Assembly: GCA_951406725.2 (NCBI GenBank)
Contig: OX597819.1
Span: 25,978,001 to 26,042,000 of the forward strand
From: Octopus vulgaris
Lineage: Eukaryota
Reading direction: 5' to 3'
Length of the DNA: 64,000 nt
This document shows, piece by piece, positions 29,798 to 43,875 of this stretch. Within the stretch, counting starts at the first letter, position 1, and every line of letters begins with the position of its first letter. A program made the translations under genes and the position numbers. The notes under the pieces are model-generated. The model saw nothing but the letters and a program-made list of their open reading frames with translations, made no database searches and was not told the origin of the DNA.

Positions 29798-32137
29798 CCT
29801 GGCAATGTAGAAATCTGTATTTATGTTGAAGGAAAACTAAAAATACAGAAAGTAACAATTTTTAGAACAGATCCTTAGTGGCAACAGAATGTCCACCTTC
29901 AACTTTTATCATGTTATGCCATATATTATACAGTACACATTTTGATCGGTTGTTAGGATAAATCAGTGGGCTTTTATACTTATCCTGGAGAATTTCAACA
30001 TTGTCAGTCAATGTTGTATAGCAGCTGCTTCAACGTCAAGATTCAGATCTCTAACGTTTTCCCCTTGAAGACGTATATATACATCCTTTCGATTTGCTAA
30101 GGTATTTATACTCTACACCGATGTTGGTGCATTGAGTTGCTGGAGTTATAGCCTGTTACTGAGAGCTAGCTACTGACCTGTATAATATAACACTTTACAG
30201 TGATCTATCGTTACAACAAACCACTTTTCAACTGTTACTGATCGAATATAAATTCAATGATTTGCATGTTTTCAAATATCATTGAAAACGTATCAAATCC
30301 TCAGTACACATTACATCTATTCCAACTCATTTGAATTTAGTTCTATTCATAATCCGTATTATTAACTTTCCTATGTTTCTGCATGTAGAGTAACCTTGCT
30401 ATATTCGGTTAATTTAGTTTTAATTTGTGCTGCAGAAAAATGTTCGAAAGCAAAACTTAATACACTCAAATATTAATCTTGGCTCACAGAATTATTATTA
30501 TATTTCGATATTTGAAATTTCTATTGTATCTCTTATAGATCATCTTATCATATTATTTGTTCAGTTTTCATCGAAGATATTAACCCAGTTTTATCAAATA
30601 AGAATTGAAATATCACCGAAGTTCCAGTAAAATATCACATTCATTAAGAATGCAGATTAGAATATAGATAATAATTAAATACACATTTATTCATATTCTC
30701 CATGAGTATGGCAGGTGTGTCTACTATGTTATATAGAAAAATATATCGACATTTACATTCAGTATTATTCTTTGAAAAGTTACATGTTATGAGAAATATT
30801 ATGGCATTGGTGTGTTTGTTGTCTTTATTATTAGGACGGACATATTCGATTTCCAGCTAATTATAGAAACATCCAGCTTACAGGAAATGCAATCATATTG
30901 GCAATATAAACACAATAGATATATTGGTCTTTCTCCAATAAATATTACTCAAGGAACAAAGGAATTCTAAATTGTATATATTCCAAGAAAGCTTGCATGA
31001 AAAAAGTAGAATATAAATTTATAAAACTAAAAGCTTAGTGATCAATTCACCATGATGTAATTGCATTTTTCCTATTTTTGTTTTACATTGATGGAATATG
31101 AGATGACTATCAGATCAGAATGAAAATATCTGTGGATGTTGATTTAAGATTATCTATATCTAGGAATATATTTTTCTCCAAATCATATCGTGTTTCTGGC
31201 AAAGCAACATTTTTCATTTTCGAGTCACAATATGAAATAGGAGCTCTGATTTCTTCCATAGTAAAAAAGTGCATTAATATCTTAAAGACGGTTGTAGTTG
31301 ATTATATGGCGTCCAGTAAAATATTGGCGTTTAATTTGACACGAGCATTTGAAAACTTAATCTAGCGGGCGGCAAAAACTTTGAATAGATCAATATATTT
31401 ACCCTGAGGCCTAAAGATTAAGAAGTTTGTTTGGTGCCCTTGGTGGATTGTATTTCGCTATTTCTTCAAGTTAAACCAGATATTCGGAATTGAATTATAT
31501 ATCCAGAAACTGTGCGGAAGCTCAAGCAAACTGTGTTTGGAATTTAGAGACAAAGTCTTTTATGCACAGTGTGATACGTTGACTCTATATCGGCATTACG
31601 TTAATTATACACACGTTTGTGAAATGTTTAGCCACTTAAAGCTGATCTTAAAAAAAAGGTAATAAAATTAAACGAACAACTGGACTAGCATTTTTAAAAC
31701 TGGCAGATTCCTAATTTACATGATTATAATTAAGAGTGAAGTAATAAAATACATTTAGAGAGTATATATTTCCGCCGTAATAATAAAGTAACTGCAAATC
31801 TTTGAATACTGGTGTGGAGGGAGAGTAAGGAACAGGTTAAATACAAATTAAACATGAAATTGTGAGCAAAACAGGAACAAAATATTAAGCTACATAAAAA
31901 AATTATTAAGATAAATGCATTTGTTATTCAAAGATCAGCTGTATTACATTCAATTGAAACGGAATAATTTGTTTGGATTCGTAATCATCTTAGAAATGAT
32001 AGTGTATTTACGAAGATCGCTTTGCAATGGTGTGCTTTCAGGTTTAGCTTAGAGAAATATCTTGTTCGATACATTCGAACTGACTGTTACCTTGTGAGTG
32101 AAGTTTGTTGATGGAAGGTGAGTGGAAAGCCCTTATA

Positions 32138-32290
32138 TGTGTGTGTGTATGTATGTATGTATGTATGTATGTATGTATGTATGTATTATGTATTATGTAT
32201 ATATGTATGCCTGCATGCATGTATGTACGTACGAATGTATGCATGCATGTATGTATGTATGTATGTATGTACGTATGTATGTATTATGTT

Positions 32291-32321
<31 letters not shown>

Positions 32322-32590
32322 TTGTATGTATGTATGTATGTATGCATGCATGCATGCATGTATGTATGTATGTATGCATGCATGCATGCATGCATGTATG
32401 TTTATGTATGTATGTATGTATGTGTATGTATGTATGTATGTATGTATGTATGTATGTATGTATGTATGTATGCATGCATGTATGTATGTATGTATGTATG
32501 TATGTATGTATGTATGTATGTATGTATGCATGCATGCATGTATGTATGTATGTATGTATGCATGCATGCATGTATGTATGTATGTATGTA
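32138..32590. repeat. Long (TATG)n/(CATG)n tetranucleotide array
   Basis: Seen directly; source of the MYVC/HTYI pseudo-ORFs. Confidence 0.98.
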
Positions 32591-33586
32591 AACTAGCGGG
32601 ACCTGTGGACATTCCACAGAACGAAAAAGCTTAAGAAGTGCTATTTAAGAAAGGAAGGATTATTTGCGTTTTTAATTTTATTTTACTAACATTTTCCACT
32701 TCGTCATAATAATATTCTATATGATTTTAAAATTTCCCTCTGCTAAGCACTTTATATTTCTCTCATTCCCTCTCTTCACCTCTCTCGCTTCCACTAGCCA
32801 CGTGAGTGACAGCATAATGCATCGGCTGGCTATCTGCTCCGTTGCTACCTCTCATATGCTGTTTTTCTTTCTTTCACTCCAATCTACTTCTCCTTAACGA
32901 ACTAAAGGGTAAAGTGTGAAAGAACAAGTAGAAGGATAATAGTATAGTTTAGTTCAATAAAAAATGTTCATATCACTATCAACACACGACGGCGGCGACG
33001 ACGACGATGATGATAATGACGACGACGACTACCAGTACCCCCACCATTATCATCATCACTATAGTTTTCAGTAACAGCTCATTTTATTTCGTTTTAGCCT
33101 GTTTATATCTACTTTTTCTAGCTCTCCATGTACCTCTACTTTGACAATACAAACACGATATCTGCCCTCTCTCCTTCTCTCCCACTCTCTCTCTCTCTCT
33201 CTTAATGTAACTGACTCCTCTGTCCATTTCTATTTGCGTTTCTTTAAACTCACTACCAGAAGATTTATCAACGCTAAATATCGTATCCTAAACATATATC
33301 TGTCTCCATAGCCTTCCTTCCCCAGCCTACAACCACGTTGTCAATGCTTCTTTCTCCCTCTTTTCTCTTCCCGTGTTCTACTTCCGCTCTGCGCCTCTCC
33401 TTTCAACTAAGCACGTGAAGCATTTCGCCTTCTTATAAATATTTCCCTACTCACACTTATGTCATCTCTTTCATTCACTCTCTCCCTGTCACTTTTACTC
33501 CATCTCACACTCACTTCACCTCAAACTAACTAAATTGTAACGGGTGAACGAACAAGCCGATAATATGTACGTATGTGTATTATATA

Positions 33587-33617
<31 letters not shown>

Positions 33618-36600
33618 GTATTATATATAAATATATATATATATGTATATATATATATATGCACACATATATATATATATATTTACACACACACAAACAC
33701 ACACACACACACACAGATATATATATATATATATTTCCATCCACTTACTGAGCAACGAATTATGAGCAACGAGTAATCTTTCGTAGCTCGGGGTAATTAA
33801 CATATATTGAGTAAATAATTATTTAATTTCATTGGAATCCATAAGAAATCAAAATTGGACGTAATATAGTATATGAATTCATTACTCAGTGGAAGGAAGA
33901 TGTCACCAAAGAATTAAAGATTATCTTAAGTAAGGTCAACAACTAACTCAACTGCTATGACAAAGGTATACAGCACTTCATTTTCTAACACATACATGGC
34001 CATCATGTCTACTGGAAATAGAATTAATCAAATCTGTTCTTTGAGTTAAGATTATTCCAAATGACGATTGCTGGTCAGAAAATAGTAAATTTGCTATTTC
34101 GATATATATATATTTGATAGAATAATCTCTAGATTGTCAGAAGTATGTTTGCTTTTCATGGTAGTTTTCTATATTAAGAATTTTGCCAACTGAAAGAATT
34201 GTGACATCCTAGATGTATTAGATTTGAGATTTATTGATCTTGAATACTTACTAAAATGTTAAGACATCATGCTGATATAAACATGTTATTTAGCTTGTAT
34301 CGACTATGATATCTAACTAACTATAGAATTTTATTTTCCTTAAACCCTCGGTCGATCCTGATCCAGTTGTCCTGCTATGACCATTCCATCTTCTTGTTTA
34401 CAAATGGGATTTTCCGAAATACATATTCCATTGTGTCCTTTATTAAGAGAGAGTAGAATACGATTTGATGGGAGCTTAGCTGCTACATCTAGTTAATTAA
34501 GCAACGACATAAATTCTCCTATGAGGGTTATTTCACCTAATGTGTTATTTTATGACTGTCGCTTAATATATTTATTTGAATTAATGTTAAATTTATGTGT
34601 TTGTGCACAGAACTTCAAGTATAAGCATAATGGCAATTTGTGCTGCGATTACATTGAGAAATGGAGCTATTAAAGAATTTAGTTTGAAAGTATACAGGTG
34701 TTTAAATCTAGCTTTGGAAGATGAATTCCGCAACACAATGATAAATCAAGCTGGCACGAGTTGGAGGATCAGACCCTCCAGTACCATAACTATACCATAA
34801 CGAGGATGCTTCTACTCGATTGATTAAAGATTAATGTTATCTAGCACAAATATTTCTCAAACTCTCCTTTATAATAATATGAATAAAACTCATTTCCCGG
34901 CATTACTGAATAATTCATACCAAATATTTCTATGAATGGAACTAGTTACTAAAATCTTGCAGGCAATGTAGAAATCTGAGTCTATGTTGAAGGAAAACTA
35001 AAAATACAGAAACTTGTTATTTCCTATGTTGCTCGTCCAGACACATCGTTTGAAATTGCTTAATATTTTTATTAATACCATATTTAATCCTAATATAGAT
35101 ATTTCTGATATGGATCAAATTGAAAATAATTTAATCTAACTTATTGTAATTAGTATCTTGTCACTCACATCCTGTAAATGCTATGCGTAGAACTTGTTGC
35201 AGCTTATGCATTATCCGGCAAATAGGATTAGTTTATGAGGGGTAAATCTATTTGACGATAAACAGCTCCCATTGACACCTGTTCGTGATCATTCTTAATG
35301 TATGTAGGTCTAGGTCTAGTTTATAGTGACCTATGCCCCTTCAACCAGATGGTAGGATGTAATCTAAGAGAAATTAGGGAGCCTTTTATAGTAGACTTAA
35401 CTAGCATAAAAAGGCCAATGCCGTTTAGTTTCACATCAATTATGATCGAAGAGTTGTATACCAGCGGGTTAATTGTATATACTTAAACAAGTATTTAGAT
35501 TTCTTTTCTTTCAGTCTTAAACTTGAAAAGTTACTCTATAATTATAACACAATTTTTGGCGACAGTATGAAATTGCTACCGGAGTTAATCTGTCAATTGA
35601 TATTTAACACTAATTATCACGGACCACTTGCAACGGCTTCGTTTTCCAGAATAGTAATTCTAGTTTCCATTAAATCAATCCTAATTTTCACAGTTACTGT
35701 TTAGCTAGCCAAGTAGGTACAGCTACAAATCTTACATGAGATCGCTCATGGCAACGATTAAAATTAGCATAGCCAATGTTTCTTTCCTTAAATATTTCCA
35801 AGAACGATTGGAACAAAAAATATTTAAATGACTTCTAAACATTTCGAAGGAAATTCAGTGAAACGTGAAACAAATTTCATTTGTCATCCTTCGTATATGA
35901 AAAGAATATATCATGCAAATATTTGAAATTATAATTGTTCCAAAGACAGTAAATGACAGCGCAAATGGGATTTTGTAAGTCAAAGACATGAATCTCTATA
36001 AAAGTGGAAATATGAAATAGGAGATGTGTTTATTGCAGTGAATTTAATCTGCAAAAGGTGTGGTGTAAGATTTGTGAAAGACGGTGCTACAAGTAGTAAA
36101 TAAAGCAACATTTCTATTAAAATATGTTAAAATTCGAATTTTTAAAACATCATGCTGAAGCTATAAATTATACAAATGATTGTTTTGAGATTTGATGACA
36201 TATATTGCTTTGTTTGAATTTTGATGATATGGTTTTGATTTGCACAGATTAACAAAGTATAATGCTGAATTTTCAACTGGTGATCAACACTCTAGACCAG
36301 TTATACTCATTTGATCAATTGGTTAACTATAAAAAATGTCACAACTACTTATCAATATAATTTTCAATTTTTAAACTCACCATAAAAAACTGTCACCATT
36401 ATCACCTTAAGAAGATGACCACGGACTGTTTAAAATAATGAAGATGTTTTCTAGTGTTTAATATTAATGCTGTAAGAGCAGTATCTATATATTTCAGAGT
36501 TACCTTTTAAAACTGTTATTCTTTATAAAGTTATCTCTTTATTTCACCTGTTAATATGAAAGTAGAGAAATTTGATTCTCAGCGTATTTCTTCGCTCGAT

Positions 36601-37871
36601 AAATCAATAAAAGAAAGCAATAACACTTCTTAACTGTTGCCATAATATGCTATTATTAATGAGAATTAGAAATATAACTGTGACCTTCTAAAAGATTGCT
36701 TTGAAGATTTATGTTTATATTGTTGTTATTGTGATCGATTAAATTCTTTGTTATGATCGCGGTAAAAATAAAATACCTAGCACCTCGTCAATATTATTTT
36801 GAAGATCGTTTCATAATGATGTGTTATTTTCTCTTGATATTCATAGACAGGAGACCGCTATACACATGATGTTCCTGAAGTATAACAAAGTCCAAATTCA
36901 AACTCATTAGACCATCCATATGCTCCTTAATATACATACAAATATATTTCCACAGAAAAATTACAATCGGTTCCCAAAGTAAGTTACAGTGGCTTTCATT
37001 TTAGAAGCAAAACAGATGTATACATAAGGTATAAAATTTATCTCAAAAGAGAACGTTCATACTGTGATGGTATTTTTGATTGTAGTTAGGTGTCCTGACA
37101 ACAGAAATGAGATATATCTATGCGTTACTTGTAATAGAGACATTTCAATCACATTTAACGAACGAAATTTTTATATTGTGGAAAAAAGCAATTACCCTTC
37201 AGTTTAAGTAAACAACCTATTAGCAGTAAAGTTGCCATGTCATGTTAAATCACAAGGTTATCACTTCAATGACTACAATATTTAGCCAGATGAAACCACA
37301 ATAAACTGAATTCTTTTACTGTTTTTGAACTACATTTAAATTAGCTAAATCTTTAACTTAGAGAAAATGGGGATAAGTAGAAAATAAGGCTATAAAATCT
37401 CATTAAATGAATCTTAAATCATATTCTGAGCAGTAGAGAAATATACATATAGATTATTACAGTCTATAGTCGTTTGTATTTTTATAATAGTGACGTAAAA
37501 AATGCTACTTGAGTATAAGCAAACCTGAGCAGAGTGTGACTAAAAGAATAGCGGTTCATCTGTGGCACATGGAAGGATATCTATGGGATAATTGTATGGT
37601 GTGTTTGTGGGGAAGAGAAACTAAGCAACTGACTAGTTGACCAAGAGTTATTTAACCATACGCATAACCATAACTATCATATTTATCTAAGACTGCTCAA
37701 ATAAAATTTGCATCTAAATAAAAATTTATCACGGAAATTATTATCAGTCTATGAACTCCTACAAATAATTCGCATAAAAGGTCTTTTAAACAGTAGTAGT
37801 TGTGTTTGTATATTTTTGGAGCGTATTGGACGTGCAAATGAAGTGAAACAACCTCAACAGAAAATCGAAAC

Positions 37872-38032
37872 CTGGCCGTGCAACGAGTTTCCGAGACCAT
37901 TTAGGTCATTCTGTGAAATTCCCCCACTATTATTAGACGTAAAAAGCATATTTGTCTGCGGAACTGTGCATTTTACAAAATATTGCTGACTTCTGTATAA
38001 TAATTCCTGATAGTAATACCTATTCATTGTTG
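37872..38032 (-). CDS. Candidate host exon of unknown gene (ATG at 38027, 52 codons MNRYYYQELLYRSQQ...SQNDLNGLGNSLHGQ)
   Basis: Minus strand polypyrimidine acceptor CTTTTATTTCTTTGCAG, non-repetitive open frame, weak donor CAG/GTTTCG. No recognisable domain. Confidence 0.3.
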
Positions 38033-38636
38033 CTGCAAAGAAATAAAAGCTATCGTAAAAGAGATGAATAGAATAATGTGATTGCATTCTGTTAGTAATT
38101 TTGCTTCACAGAGGACTATGGTGTTCTGCTATACAGAAGGCAATAACATTTCAAAAGACCTTCTGAGGAATGTTTTCCTGTTTTGAGGGATTTGCGTGGT
38201 ATTTGATGTTCAGGTGGTTTTTATTGGGTGAGAGCAATAGGGGTTTAATTAAGTACAGAAAACAGAGACTAGCTATGAAGTATTTAAAACTCAGCTGTCG
38301 AAAGTTTGTGTTTGTGTTTATGCTAGGCTTTGGTAAATTACACCATTTAATCTAATGACGGGACCAAAAATAAAAAGAAAAGATCACACAGTTTGAAGTA
38401 TGTCCAATTACTTGTACCAATAATTTCTATATCACCAGTATCCTTTGAATATCGACTATTAAACAGCAACATCAACAACCCCCACCAACAACAACAATGA
38501 TAATAATTATAATAATATTAATAATAATAACCTTTGGCAGCAGGTTACAAGCCCGCTACGCATGTAAAACTCCAGGAGTTCCAACAAAACCTGTGAGAAA
38601 TAGAAACAACTGTTGAGACGAGTTAGAACAACAACA

Positions 38637-38637
38637 C

Positions 38638-38712
<75 letters not shown>

Positions 38713-38717
38713 TGATG
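38637..38717. repeat. (TAA)n microsatellite
   Basis: Seen directly. Confidence 0.97.
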
Positions 38718-39338
38718 ACAGAATAAAAGATCGTACATCGGAGACTGTCTCTTTGGTAATATCTAATTCAATGCTTCTGCTATCGTACATGCATTTCTTC
38801 ACCGTTTTGCTTCTGTAGCAATTGTATTAGAAGCCTTTGAAAAGTTCAGGTGCAAATGCAATCGGAAGATAGATCACAACATCAGTACAGTAAACAGCAG
38901 AAAAGCAATTAGGATAACGGCGTTACATATAAAGTTCACATCCATGCGTTCATCTGTTGAGACAAGTTAGAATGCATTACCATTTACTCTTTATAGGACC
39001 CCCACGACTGGTACATGGTAGGGGATAGGAATGCTTACAATAGATTCGTTTTCGCTAAATTAATTTCGGTGTCAGGTAAGTGTATCGGGAAATAGGTCAT
39101 GGTAGGATTTGAACCATAAAGCAAAGTACCGGAATAAATCTTCCGAATAAATCCAGTCCGAAGTGTTCGTATACATCAGCCAAAACACTACTCTGGCTTT
39201 CGACTTTTCGTCGACCGTGGTATGATACAAGACAATGTGGATCACGGCAGAATTTCAATTCTAGGCGCTGAGACCCGGAGTATTTGTCGGTATGTTTTGA
39301 TCTGAACGCTGCTGGAATGTAAAAGCAAATTGAAACGT

Positions 39339-39358
39339 TCCTCCTCCTCCTCCTCCTC

Positions 39359-39401
<43 letters not shown>

Positions 39402-39455
39402 CTATACTACTACTACTTCCACCACTACCACACCACCACAATCACCATCACCACC
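39339..39455. repeat. (CCT)n(TAC)n(CAC)n compound trinucleotide repeat
   Basis: Seen directly. Confidence 0.95.
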
Positions 39456-40841
39456 AGACACATACATAGGTATACACACAAACACACACACACCAATACA
39501 TACACACGCATTGAACTTTTAGGACGCTGAGGAAAGGTAGGTAGGTGTGAGGAATACATAGCTTTAAGGAGGAAGGGCGATTGTGAAGTTGACGACAGGT
39601 GTTCATACTGTCCATCACAGTCACACACACACTGACACACAGACACGCACACTGACACACACACACTCACATTGACACACATACATTCATATGTAAAACC
39701 GATGAAAACCTGAATGGAAGCAAGGAAGGGGAAAGGGTTTAATAAATTAATATGCAGTGGTAGGGGATTGGTGAGTTTATATAAGCTGTCGTTCAGATCG
39801 TCAACATACTGTCACTCTCTCCGTTCTCTCTACGATTTGCTGGAAATAACAGCCAAATCTCTCTCAATGTCACACTCTAATATTATATAAACGAGAGGAC
39901 ACATTGGATGAAATGGAAATAACTACACGCGTGCTCACACACACACACGTAAGTATTCCCTATAAAAGAACTTTCTGTTTTTCTCACCCACCATTCTTAT
40001 CTTTTATACTTTCCGCTCACCTCTCTCCTTCATGACCCGATGACCCGGAAGTTGTTGCTCTTCCATTACTTTCGCGAAGAGCAGTAACTTTCTTCAGCTG
40101 AATACACGTTACTGATTGGTTAAAATTACCCAAATACGACAACTTTAACACGAAATAACTTCTAAAATACAAAATTTTGTGGAAAAACGTTGAGTATACC
40201 GTGTTCTACGTGACGCATTCAACCAGTGTCCTAAGTTTCAATTTGTTTATTAAAAAATAAATTTATCAAAAAATCTGAGACTGAGATTTCAATCCAAGAA
40301 TTTATACAGATATTTTTAAAAAATATTTTTTTCATACAGCTGCTGCCGTTTAAAGTTGTTTGCTTAACGAAAATATATTATTTGTGATATATATGAAAGC
40401 TGCATTTAGAAATTTATTTAACGACCATTTGGAAATAATCAATTAAATCTCAATTTCAGTTTGAAATATCATATCTACTTTCATCTTTATCAAGGATCTC
40501 TTCAAAAACTTAATGTCATTTTGAAGTCATTCGTATTAATGTTCTGATATTTTTTATTTATGTAACATGTTCTTATATAAGGACACACATACACATGAAT
40601 ACGCAATCAAACATACTCCCCCACACGTAACTGGAGTAAGATTGGACTACAAAGATGTGATTTGTCATCAGTCACTTACAAAGATGTGTTCTGCAAAAAA
40701 ACATTAGCAAGAAAAGCAGAAACAACATGATGATGAACTAGCATTTAACACTATAACTGCAGTGCTCATATGCTCTGCTGTATTACTATTGATCATTAAT
40801 TCAACTCTGAGTTTACTTAATTCGATGTTGTCAAATATATT

Positions 40842-41113
40842 AAGGCAGCGAGTTGACAGAAACGTTAGCACGCCGGGCGAAATGCTTTGCGGTATTTCGT
40901 TTGCCGTTACGTTCTGAGTTCAAATTCCGCCGAGGTCGACTTTGCCTTTCATCCTTTCGGGGTCGATTAAATAAGTAACAGTTACGCACTGGGGTCCATG
41001 TAATCGACTTAATCCCTTTGTCTGTCCTTGTTTGTTCCCTCTGTGTTTAGCCCCTTATGGATAGTAAAGAAATAGGTATTTCGCCTGCCGCTACCTTCTG
41101 TGTTCAAATTCCG
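40842..41113 (+). mobile_element. SINE family B, full length plus a short re-entry into its own body
   Basis: AAGGCAGCGAGTTGACAGAAACGTTAGCACGCC...AAAGAAATAGGTATTTCGCCTGCCGCTACCTTCTGTGTTCAAATTCCG. Confidence 0.9.
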
Positions 41114-41124
41114 TACAGTGGAAT

Positions 41125-41262
41125 ACGTACAGTGTTGTTGGACGCTCGAGGAAGGAAAGTAAAGAAAGATTTCACGTTTCCTGACGAGCTCTTCATCAGA
41201 AAGATAGAAAAAGTCCAAAGAAGAGATGACTGAGAAAATCGCCAACGATACACACGCGGTCA
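41125..41262 (-). mobile_element. PLE-like pLTR fragment family D with a degenerate HHR stem II
   Basis: Reverse complement CTTT-CTGATGA-AGAGCTCGTCAG-GAAAC-GTG-AAAT at 41169-41203; homologous to 17592-17790. Confidence 0.7.
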
Positions 41263-41578
41263 CACACACACACACGAGCACACACACATATATATATATA
41301 GGTTATGAGAGGTAATGGTGTCAAGAAGATCCAAAGTTGTCAGGTAATGATGTGTAAGTGCTATGGACAGGCTATAGTTAAGCTCCAGGTTCGGTGATTA
41401 TGCGAATGAGGAGTCCAACGTAGGTGATATATTGGCGTGCATATATATTAGAAATTAACAGAATGCTATAAAGATCCAAGGATGTGAAAGATTTCAGAAC
41501 ATTTATAGAGATAAGGTCTTACAGCTGTTTCCGGGATATTTTATATATTTTTATTTTCAAAAAAACCCTCGATTCAAT

Positions 41579-41724
41579 AACACCGTGTACAAACTCTATG
41601 CTTGGAATGACCAATTTTAAATACTATTGGAACTTACACACAAGGCACAAGAAACTTATATGTATTCCATTCTGCTCAAATAATAGAACTTCAGATACGA
41701 TATCCCTGCATATCGCACGTCTGT

Positions 41725-41790
<66 letters not shown>

Positions 41791-42199
41791 GACCTTTTAG
41801 ATATAAAGAGATAATAGATTGATTATATCCTTGCATGAAAATGGCCATCACATGATAGATATATTAGGGATGTTACTATGAGCACTGTAGTATCAGGCAT
41901 CACTAACACCTTAATATTGTAAATTTCAGAGGTGTTACCTTTAAATCAATAACAGAGATATAATACAAACCTAATAGAAAGAAAAATGGGATTATAAAAG
42001 ATCGCAGTTAAGCTGATTTGCATTAGAGGCAAAGGAGTTGAATCTTTGATCAATTTTTAATATGATATAGATAACACCGTGTACAAACTCTATCTTGGAA
42101 TGACCAATTTTAAATACTATTGGAACTTACACACAAGGCACAAGAAACTTATATGTATTCCATTCTGTTCTTCAAACGTCTATAGAACTTCAGATACGA
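41579..42199. repeat. Local ~120-bp direct duplication (41579-41700 and 42073-42199)
   Basis: AACACCGTGTACAAACTCTAT(G)CTTGGAATGACCAATTTTAAATACTATTGGAAC...ATAGAACTTCAGATACGA occurs twice, about 495 bp apart. Confidence 0.93.
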
Positions 42200-42521
42200 C
42201 TCCGCCGGTTACGACGACGAGGGTCCCAGCTGATACGATCACACAGACACAGCTTGCTCGTGAAATTAACGTGCAAATGAGCTGAGCATTCCTTACAGAC
42301 GCGTGTACCCTTAAGGGTGTTCTATGGGATAATCAGCGTGACACAGAGAGTGACAAGGCTGACCCTTTGAAATACAAGTACAACTCATTTTTGCCAGCTG
42401 AGTGGACTGGAGCAACGTGAAATAAAGTGTCTTGCTCAAGGACACAACGCGTCGCCGGGAATCGAACTCACAACCTTACGATCATGAGCCGAATGCCCTA
42501 ACCACTAAGCCACGCGCCCTC
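42186..42521 (-). mobile_element. SINE family C with an 11-bp flanking direct repeat
   Basis: Reverse-complement tRNA head GGGCGCGTGGCTTAGTGGTTAGGG...GAGTTCGATTCCC. AACGTCTATAG occurs at 42175-42185 and 42522-42532. Confidence 0.92.
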
Positions 42522-43190
42522 AACGTCTATAGTGACACTTCCACGATATAATCGCTTCCAATTCAACCCCTGTCTCGGATCAAGTCGCTGAACAACTATA
42601 ACTAGAAAATGTAATTTATATGCACGATAACATCGTAGATTACTTAATGAGAGACTGCAACCTAGCTTTTCCTCTTGATTAACCTTTGTTCAGTCCACTT
42701 ACGTCTGAAAGTAATTTAACTTTACACAAAGCCCTTGACGTTCACCATATCTCAAAGAAAGCAACAATTATTTTTGAGATATGCAGGACAATTGATGACT
42801 TAAGCGTGAAGATACCTAAACTTTGTATTTATGATATCGGAAATGCATCACCGATATGAAAGAGAATTTGAAAATGAGTTAAGATTGATTTATGTTAGTA
42901 AATTGGATTTCATGCATCAGAAATCCCACACACAAAACACATATATATATACTCAACACACTATTATATACACGCCAACATGATTACATATGTGGCATCA
43001 AAGAAGTCATTGCGGTATTGCCTCTATACCATAATAATGAACGAAAGATTGCAAAGTGATGAATATTAGAAGAATTTCTGCTCTTTAATGCATACAATCA
43101 TATAAGCACAATAAGTATTGGTGGAATTTTTCCCCGAAATGTTCTACCAAGTGTAAACATAGCAATCCTCATATAGGTATTTAAAATAGA

Positions 43191-43430
43191 AAGGCGGCGA
43201 GCTGGCAGAATCATTAGCACGCCGGGCGAAATGCTTAGCGGTATTTCGCCTGCTGCTACGTTCTGAGTTCAAATTCCGCCGAGGTCGACTTTGTCTTTCA
43301 TCCTTTTGAGGTCGATTAAATAAGTACCAGTTACGCACTAGGGTCGATATAATCGACTGAATCCGCTTGTCTGTCCTTGTTTGTCCTCTCTGTGTTTAGC
43401 CCCTTGAGGGTAGTAAAGAAATAGGTATTT
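43191..43430 (+). mobile_element. SINE family B, full length, with ~18-20-bp TSD
   Basis: ATAGGTATTTAA(A/G)ATAGAAA at 43173-43192 and 43421-43440, 1 mismatch. Confidence 0.92.
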
Positions 43431-43551
43431 AAGATAGAAAAGAAAATTCGTATACATTCATAGAGATAAGTTGCTCTTCAGAATATTACTTTCGAAACCA
43501 GTGAGGAAGTAATTATTAAAGTACAACTTTCCTCTAATGATATTAATGATA

Positions 43552-43756
43552 ATGATTTCAAATTTTGGCACGATGCCAGAAATTACGGTACGGGAATAAG
43601 TCGATTTCATCAACACCAGTACGTAACTGGTACTTAGCTTATCGACCCCAGAAGAATGAAAGGCAAAGTCAACCTCGGCGGAATTTGAACTCATAATGTA
43701 AAGACGAAAGGAATAACGCTAAGCATCTTGCCCGGCGTGCTAACGATTCTGGCAGA
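43552..43756 (-). mobile_element. SINE family B variant with a different 3' tail
   Basis: TTATCGACCCCAGAAGAATGAAAGGCAAAGTCAACCTCGGCGGAATTTGAACTC...CCCGGCGTGCTAACGATTCTG. Confidence 0.88.
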
Positions 43757-43875
43757 TCAACAACAACAACAACAACAACAATAATAATAATAACGATAAT
43801 AACTACAGCAGCAACAACAACAGCAGCAACAACGACAACAACAACAACAACAACAACAATAATAATAATGATAAT

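Noticed and set aside
29801-29851. IYVEGKLK resembling an SSB motif
   Set aside because: Eight residues only, a stop in the paralogous copy, and no surrounding ORF.
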